This document shows positions 59,115 through 64,000 of a stretch of 64,000 bases of DNA, piece after piece. The notes below the pieces were generated by a model. The model saw only the letters and a program-made list of their open reading frames with translations, was not told where the DNA came from and ran no database searches. Numbering within the stretch: position 1 is the first letter of the stretch; every line of letters starts with the position of its first letter. The position numbers and the translations under genes were made by a program. Source of the DNA: Patescibacteria group bacterium UBA4787 (lineage in GTDB: Bacteria > Patescibacteriota > Patescibacteriia > UBA2591 > UBA4787); the NCBI GenBank assembly GCA_002402995.1, contig DHGX01000004.1, forward strand, positions 85,186-149,185, read 5' to 3'.

Positions 59115-59233
59115 GTTTCGCCGACCTTCTTATTATTTATCAAATGGAGGCGAAATTTGGGTGAAAGAAAAAGCGCAACTTTTGAAAATTATTAACGCAC
59201 TCTTTCTTGAACCTCATACACGCTGTTAAGTGA
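59115..59233 (+). repeat. family C repeat, copy C1
   Basis: About 85% identical to 60729-60849 in the same orientation. The minus strand encodes the 25-codon mini-ORF MRFKKECVNNFQKLRFFFHPNFASI. Confidence 0.7.
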
Positions 59234-59332
59234 TGTAATTTTTAACTTTTGGATTTCCAAATGCTATATATAGAAAAATTAAATAAACAGATAATAAAAA
59301 AATGGCTAATAAATTTTTTGGTCTTATAATAA

Positions 59333-59737
59333 CTACTCAACTTCTTGACCACCTTTAACTATATAACTAACTAATTTAAAAATGATTAGGAAGTATATAG
59401 CCTGTAGTCCATAGAAAAAAATAACATAAGTTACGGCTCCGTAAACAAAGAAAATATTTTCCGAAACTGCATATTTACTCTCACACTCTGCTTTTTCAGC
59501 TTCCCACTTTTCGACACTTGCATCATTATAGTCACGAGCTAGAAAATCGTCATCTGCATAGTTTTCACAGTTAAACAGAGGGGTAAAAGAGTTCTCATAA
59601 GCCGTCATCGTCAATTGATATGGCGCAATAGCAACTACAAGGAAAAACAAGACTACCAAAACTCTGTGCCACCAATATTTTTTCAACTTATTTTGTGTTT
59701 TTGTAAACGGAAATAGCCATTTTTTTATTTTTTTCAT
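59333..59737 (-). CDS. hypothetical small membrane protein (2 TM)
   Basis: 134 aa with two hydrophobic helices. Confidence 0.45.
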   Translation of the reverse strand: MKKIKKWLFPFTKTQNKLKKYWWHRVLVVLFFLVVAIAPYQLTMTAYENSFTPLFNCENYADDDFLARDYNDASVEKWEAEKAECESKYAVSENIFFVYGAVTYVIFFYGLQAIYFLIIFKLVSYIVKGGQEVE

Positions 59738-59761
59738 AGAGTTCGAAAATAAAATTATTTT

Positions 59762-60154
59762 TTATCTCACTACCACGTCAAAGCTATAATCTTTTGTCCA
59801 TTCAAAGCCAGGAAAATCAAACAACTGTTCTTGTAAGTCTTTTTTTATCATTTCCTTAATATCTTCTGCTCTGTCTTGTGGTAAAATATTCTTGGGATAT
59901 ACATAAACTACAATGCTTTTTGCAAGCACAGATCCGTATGCGTTAAAATCAAGAAACAAGACAGAATCCTTTATTTGACGACGATAAAAATAATCATTGA
60001 TAAATCCCTCAAGCTCTAATTCAGTTTTTCTAGTAATTTCAGTCGTTTGATTTTCTGATTGTTTAACTGGTTGTGTGTCGTTTTTAACAAGTGTCGAACA
60101 ACCTGTTAAAACTAAAACAACAAGCAATAGTGTTGGAATTAGTAGTTTTTTCAT
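59762..60154 (-). CDS. hypothetical lipoprotein
   Basis: 130 aa with a signal peptide and lipobox (VLTGCST). Confidence 0.5.
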   Translation of the reverse strand: MKKLLIPTLLLVVLVLTGCSTLVKNDTQPVKQSENQTTEITRKTELELEGFINDYFYRRQIKDSVLFLDFNAYGSVLAKSIVVYVYPKNILPQDRAEDIKEMIKKDLQEQLFDFPGFEWTKDYSFDVVVR

Positions 60155-60177
60155 AGTGGTTTTGATAAAAAATAATT

Positions 60178-60675
60178 TTATTTTTTAAATTCTTCCACTT
60201 TCCTTTTTAGAATGTCATTTCTAACTTTATTTACAGCTCTTAAATAAGAAATATCATTTTCTGTATAGTTGTCTCCGTAATCAGATAGATAAAAACTATA
60301 TAACGCTTTCAGTGTTAAAGCATCGTAGATATCATAACTAAGGATATAATTTTTTCCATTAATATTCGTTGAAAAGGAGCTTGAATATAAACAAGTATTA
60401 AGGGTGGGGCTATAAAATATCTCTTCAAGAACCTCTTCCCCTAAATTTCCATTAGATTCCTTGATGATTTGTTGGATTTTATCAAGCTGGTCAAAACATG
60501 CCTTTTTCTTTGTAAACAAATCTTCCGGTTGCTTTTCTGTTGCCGAGGCATCTTGGTTAATTTCTTGATAGTTGTTTTGAGCGTCGTTTTTGGAGGATTG
60601 ATATTTATCAAAGATAATATATGCCCCCAATACTACAATAATTGCTACTAAAATTGGTGCGATAAATTTTTTCAT
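60178..60675 (-). CDS. hypothetical secreted/membrane-anchored protein
   Basis: 165 aa with an N-terminal hydrophobic helix. Confidence 0.5.
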   Translation of the reverse strand: MKKFIAPILVAIIVVLGAYIIFDKYQSSKNDAQNNYQEINQDASATEKQPEDLFTKKKACFDQLDKIQQIIKESNGNLGEEVLEEIFYSPTLNTCLYSSSFSTNINGKNYILSYDIYDALTLKALYSFYLSDYGDNYTENDISYLRAVNKVRNDILKRKVEEFKK

Positions 60676-60728
60676 AAAGATGTATAGTAATTTTTTATTA
60701 TTTCACTTAACGTTCAAGTATATGAGAA

Positions 60729-60849
60729 GTTTCGCCGACTTCCTTATTATTTTATCATAGAGGAGACGAAATTTGGGTGAAAGAAAAAGTGCAACCTTTG
60801 AAAATTATTTATGCGCTTTTTCTTGAACCGCATATTCGTTGTTAGACGA
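60729..60849 (+). repeat. family C repeat, copy C2
   Basis: It lies upstream (minus-strand sense) of the three-gene cassette. The minus strand encodes the 27-codon mini-ORF MRFKKKRINNFQRLHFFFHPNFVSSMIK. Confidence 0.7.
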
Positions 60850-61133
60850 AGTTGCGAATACTTGGAGCAATTTTGTCTAACTCGTTTTTAAACGAAATAT
60901 TTATGATGATTTAACAAATATCGTATATTTTATACATAATTAGCGGGGGCGGGTAAACTACGATATAATATATACATAGCCAATTAAGCGATTCAGCCTT
61001 CGTAGCCACTACGGCGAAGTAGGCAGCCTTAGCGAAGTTTAATGGCAGGACACTCGGGTTAAGTGCCAGATATTTAAGAGTATTTTAAGGGATTTCGTGA
61101 ATTATCTAATTGAGATATGTGGGTCGGCAAATA

Positions 61134-61427
61134 TTATCGGCACCCAGCATCATTGCAAACGGTTTTACATATTGGTGAATCTTGAAGATTGTTTTTATCA
61201 AGCGAAGAACATTTATACCCGCAATCAAATCGTTCAGCCGTTTTGTCCGCAATATATGAGCGACCAGCAGACAAACAAGCGTCCTTTGAAGGGTAATCAA
61301 GTCTCATTATAGTTTGTCCACCCCCATAAACACTCAACATCCATGGTTTCGAGTTTTTATAAACAACAAAAACAATAATAACAACTAGAATAATTCCGAG
61401 CGCAATAAGTATTTTTTTTGTATTCAT
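61134..61427 (-). CDS. hypothetical small Cys-rich secreted protein
   Basis: 97 aa with an N-terminal signal/TM and 8 cysteines C-terminally. It is preferred over the overlapping plus-strand ORF at 61097-61312. Confidence 0.4.
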   Translation of the reverse strand: MNTKKILIALGIILVVIIVFVVYKNSKPWMLSVYGGGQTIMRLDYPSKDACLSAGRSYIADKTAERFDCGYKCSSLDKNNLQDSPICKTVCNDAGCR

Positions 61428-61459
61428 AGTTAGTGGGTTTATCCGATACTAAATAGTCA

Positions 61460-61533
61460 TGGCGGGGGCGGCAGGAATCGGACCCGCATCCTCGGTTTTG
61501 GAGACCGATATTCTACCACTGAACTACACCCCC
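61460..61533 (-). tRNA. tRNA-Trp (anticodon CCA)
   Basis: Hand-folded cloverleaf with acceptor GGGGGTG/CGCCCCC, anticodon arm TCGGT-CTCCAAA-ACCGA, T arm GCGGG-TCCGATT-CCTGC and an encoded CCA. Confidence 0.85.
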
Positions 61534-61547
61534 GCGGCTCTGCGAAA

Positions 61548-61703
61548 CTACTTTGTTTCTTTGTGTAAAGTGTGCTTTTTGCACCATTTGCAGTGTTTCT
61601 TTAATTGCAATCTTTCTTTAAGAGTTTTCTTATTCTTTTTAGAATAATAATTAATATGGCGGCACTCACTGCACTCGAATTTAATTAAATTTTCTTGTGA
61701 CAT
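61548..61703 (-). CDS. rpmG: 50S ribosomal protein L33
   Basis: The hand translation MSQENLIKFECSECRHINYYSKKNKKTLKERLQLKKHCKWCKKHTLHKETK* has the C4 zinc ribbon. It falls below the ORF-track size cutoff. Confidence 0.85.
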   Translation of the reverse strand: MSQENLIKFECSECRHINYYSKKNKKTLKERLQLKKHCKWCKKHTLHKETK

Positions 61704-61754
61704 ATTTTTTGGTTAATAAATATTGATTTAATATTTTCAACAATTTTGATAGTA

Positions 61755-61826
61755 AGCCAGCGGTCGGATTTGGACCGACGACCTACTGTTTACAAAACAG
61801 TTGCTCTACCGCTGAGCTACGCTGGC
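61755..61826 (-). tRNA. tRNA-Thr (anticodon TGT)
   Basis: Acceptor GCCAGCG/CGCTGGC, anticodon arm ACTGT-TTTGTAA-ACAGT, T arm GTCGG-TCCAAAT-CCGAC. Confidence 0.85.
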
Positions 61827-61868
61827 AAAATTTTCCAAGAACTTAAATATTGGCGTGTTGATTTTAAA

Positions 61869-61951
61869 TGGGCGGGGTAGGATTTGCACCTACGGAGCCC
61901 GAAGGCGTCAGATTTACAGTCTGATCCGTTTGACTACTCCGGCACCCGCCC
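61869..61951 (-). tRNA. tRNA-Tyr (anticodon GTA), class II with long variable arm
   Basis: Acceptor GGGCGGG/CCCGCCC, anticodon loop CTGTAAA, a long variable arm and T arm GTAGG-TGCAAAT-CCTAC. Confidence 0.8.
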
Positions 61952-61979
61952 ACATAGTTTGCCCGCCTGCCAAAGCCAG

Positions 61980-62052
61980 AGCCCACCGTCGGATTTGAAC
62001 CGACGACCTACTCCTTACCATGGAGTTGCTCTACCAGCTGAGCTAGATGGGC
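61980..62052 (-). tRNA. tRNA-Thr (anticodon GGT)
   Basis: Acceptor GCCCATC/GGTGGGC (one G-U pair), anticodon arm ACTCC-ATGGTAA-GGAGT, T arm GTCGG-TTCAAAT-CCGAC. Confidence 0.85.
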
Positions 62053-62093
62053 TTTGGTTTTGACGGGCAGACCTACTTTGGCATAATTTTTAA

Positions 62094-62121
62094 ATTATAC
62101 CTAATTAAAATAAAAAATCAA
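62094..62121 (-). promoter_or_regulatory. promoter of the tRNA-Thr/Tyr/Thr-rpmG-tRNA-Trp operon
   Basis: TTGATT -16 nt- TATAAT on the minus strand, about 35 nt upstream of the tRNA-Thr(GGT) 5' end. Confidence 0.55.
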
Positions 62122-62122
62122 G

Positions 62123-62264
62123 CCAGGTAGTAGAAATTCGATGCTTCTTAAAAAGTGCGCTTATATGAAGAAATGCGGCAAGAGCAAAAAATATTTATTT
62201 ATTAATTACTAGAACCAGTCGGTTAAAGAGAAGCAAAAAGCACTATCGAATTTTCACTACCTGG
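62123..62264 (+). mobile_element. family A MITE, copy A5 (short form)
   Basis: TIRs flanked by CAAG at 62119-22 and 62265-68. It lies immediately upstream of the tRNA operon promoter. Confidence 0.85.
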
Positions 62265-62279
62265 CAAGCCTCCTAAATT

Positions 62280-62510
62280 TTAATTACTGTTCGATGGGCG
62301 CTGACGACGATTTTTAAACCGCAATTTTAATGAATTTATATTACGTTTAAGATAATTTAAAATTAATTGTCTTTTTATCCAATAACGCTTCTCTTGCGTA
62401 AGCTGCTTTAAATCAAGAGAAGCTGCCAGCGACAACTTGGCAGATAATAATATAATAATTCTTGCCAATAAAGCGAGAATAAAAACAACTAAAATTATAT
62501 TTATTATCAT
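62280..62510 (-). CDS. hypothetical small membrane protein sandwiched between two MITE copies
   Basis: 76 aa with an N-terminal hydrophobic helix and a basic tail. Its start codon is the CAT of the A6 target duplication. Confidence 0.3.
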   Translation of the reverse strand: MIINIILVVFILALLARIIILLSAKLSLAASLDLKQLTQEKRYWIKRQLILNYLKRNINSLKLRFKNRRQRPSNSN

Positions 62511-62511
62511 A

Positions 62512-62649
62512 CCAGGTAGTAGAAATTCGGTGCTTCTTAAAGTGCGATTATTAAGAAACGCGCTGGAAGCAAAGAATTAGTTATTTTATTAATGATGGGA
62601 CCAAGCAATGGAACGAAGCAAAAAGCACTATCGAATTTTCACTACCTGG
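62512..62649 (+). mobile_element. family A MITE, copy A6 (short form)
   Basis: TIRs with CATA at 62508-11 and 62650-53. Confidence 0.85.
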
Positions 62650-62788
62650 CATAATATAGATTTAATTAACCTTACAAATTCATTTGGCATATATTATAAA
62701 ATTATTCCTCAAAATCATTTATTGTCAAGCAAGCGAGTGAAATAAAAATTTTATTTTCATTTCCGAGCGAGCGCAGACAACACAGGGT

Positions 62789-63667
62789 TTAATACTCTTT
62801 ATTGTTTTGCACAGTTTTTAATCCCCACCAAAACAGGCTTTTTGCGTCCTGAAATCTTGCCTCGTCGGTCGGTGAGCCCAACAAAACAACCATAATATCG
62901 TTATTATTAGATTTATCATTAATTTCACCGACAAAACAATAGCCCGCTTCATCCAAAGAGCCGGTTTTCGCGCCCTTAAAACTTAAAAAACTATTTAATA
63001 ATTTATTAGTGCTTTTCAAGCGCTCTACTCTTTTATTTCCTTCGGGGCCGGCAATATTAATGTTATCTTCGGATTTTACTAAAATATCATGCAATTCTTT
63101 ATTCTTTTGCACGGTTGAAAATATCTTTATCAAATCTTTCGCGGTTGAATGATTGGCCGGATCCAAGCCGGTAACATCAAAAAAATGCGTATTCTTTAAA
63201 TCCAATTCATTGCATTTCTCGTTCATTTTCGTTGTCGCTGTTTTTAAATCCCCAAAAACAGCGCGCGCCATCGCTTTGGTGGCGTTGTTGGCTGATTTGA
63301 CTAAAGAAGCTTTAAGAAGGTCTTTTAACATAACCCTGTCTCCCTTGTGAATATTAATTTTTGACTCTTCGGCGTCGTCTTCTTCCTTTATTTCCACCCA
63401 AGAATTCATATCTGGTTGCTTCTCAACAACCACCAAGGCCGTCATTAGTTTAGTTAGGCTCGCGATAGATAATATTTGATTCGGATTTTTTTCGGAGAGA
63501 ATTGCGTTTGTTCCAATATTATAAACAATAGCGCTTTTGGCCTCTATTTTAACGCCTAAACTTTGATTAATGGACACCGAACGATTAACAACTTCGGGGT
63601 AAAAAAAAGACGGCTGAGCAATAACAGTCTGTCCGATAATAAAACTGATAATAAAACTGATGATCAT
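62789..63667 (-). CDS. D-alanyl-D-alanine carboxypeptidase (serine-type, S11/PBP5 family)
   Basis: 292 aa with an N-terminal signal and the SxxK (SIASLTK), SxN (SANN) and KTG motifs in the canonical order. Confidence 0.8.
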   Translation of the reverse strand: MIISFIISFIIGQTVIAQPSFFYPEVVNRSVSINQSLGVKIEAKSAIVYNIGTNAILSEKNPNQILSIASLTKLMTALVVVEKQPDMNSWVEIKEEDDAEESKINIHKGDRVMLKDLLKASLVKSANNATKAMARAVFGDLKTATTKMNEKCNELDLKNTHFFDVTGLDPANHSTAKDLIKIFSTVQKNKELHDILVKSEDNINIAGPEGNKRVERLKSTNKLLNSFLSFKGAKTGSLDEAGYCFVGEINDKSNNNDIMVVLLGSPTDEARFQDAKSLFWWGLKTVQNNKEY

Positions 63668-63675
63668 TTTAAGGA

Positions 63676-64000
63676 TTAAATTTTAATTTCTAATTTTTCC
63701 GGATCTTCATTCTCTGAATTTTCTTGGTTTGGCGCGTTTTCAATTGGAGTCGACAATAGACTAATTGGTATTTCTAATTTATGGAGTTCTTCATAATTCG
63801 GCAATTCGTTGAGCTTGGTAAATCCCAAATATTTCATCATTTCTACCGCAAGACGATAATGGATTTTATTCGAAATATTTTCTGTTTCCACTAGTCCCTT
63901 GATTGACAGGTTTCTCAAAATAATAGCGCAATTAACGCCCCTGATTTGCTCTATCTCTTCGCGTGAAATAGGGCTGCGATAAGCTATTATAGATAAGGCT
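63676..64000 (-). CDS. scpB: segregation and condensation protein B (partial; N-terminus lies beyond the window end)
   Basis: The reading frame stays open to the window edge. It translates as ...PISREEIEQIRGVNCAIILRNLSIKGLVE..., matching the ScpB winged-helix motif (TR.EIE.IRGV). The start shown in the ORF track is an internal TTG. Confidence 0.65.
   Translation of the reverse strand, partial: ALSIIAYRSPISREEIEQIRGVNCAIILRNLSIKGLVETENISNKIHYRLAVEMMKYLGFTKLNELPNYEELHKLEIPISLLSTPIENAPNQENSENEDPEKLEIKI

Noticed and set aside
60900-61090. SRP RNA or tmRNA call for the GC-rich gap
   Set aside because: Only a weak resemblance to the domain IV motif. There is no tag-peptide reading frame and no convincing fold, so it is reported only as a candidate ncRNA finding.
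61097-61312. 71-aa plus-strand ORF overlapping the 61134-61427 minus-strand gene
   Set aside because: The minus-strand ORF has a clean signal peptide and cysteine pattern. The plus-strand ORF has no features and is probably a shadow frame.
15888-62649. Possibility that the family A/B repeats are a CRISPR array
   Set aside because: The copies are scattered over 47 kb and lie in both orientations. They are 85-190 bp long with inverted termini, and no cas genes are present. That fits a MITE/REP-like element, not a CRISPR array.

Overview
This window reads as a low-GC, gene-dense bacterial chromosomal segment with Candidate-Phyla-Radiation/Patescibacteria character (inference). The evidence is an archaeal-type AMP-salvage pair (AMP phosphorylase plus ribose-1,5-bisphosphate isomerase), an archaeal-type UMP kinase, almost no Shine-Dalgarno sequences, and an RpoA that lacks its C-terminal domain.

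Most of the window is housekeeping:
- A CIRCE operator sits upstream of clpB.
- Translation and ribosome genes include rplJ-rplL, rpsB-tsf, rpmE, prfA-prmC, rplY and the alpha-operon block infA-rpmJ-rpsM-rpsK-rpsD-rpoA-rplQ, followed by rplM-rpsI.
- Aminoacylation and tRNA-modification genes include argS, cysS, gatB, fmt, tgt, miaB-miaA and tsaB.
- Replication and repair genes are dnaE, polX, recO and a partial scpB at the window end.
- Cell-wall genes are ftsQ-like, ftsW/rodA, murB, dacF-like and a glycosyltransferase/flippase cluster.
- A tRNA-Thr/Tyr/Thr-rpmG-tRNA-Trp cluster has a near-consensus promoter.
- RNase P RNA (rnpB) was found by eye on the minus strand.
- All three AmmeMemoRadiSam components are present but dispersed.

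The most interesting non-coding content is three families of dispersed intergenic repeats:
1. Family A is a Correia-like MITE of about 140-190 bp with about 26-bp terminal inverted repeats and a 4-bp target duplication, almost always CATA/TATG. Five of six copies sit exactly on the start codon of the adjacent gene and carry an outward-facing -35/-10 pair.
2. Family B is an element of about 85-145 bp ending in a conserved GAGTATAAT box just upstream of gene starts. Some copies carry a nested GC-rich palindromic insert.
3. Family C is two direct copies of about 120 bp, encoding a conserved 25-27 codon mini-ORF, that flank a small secreted-protein cassette next to the tRNA cluster.

No CRISPR array or recognisable defence system was seen.
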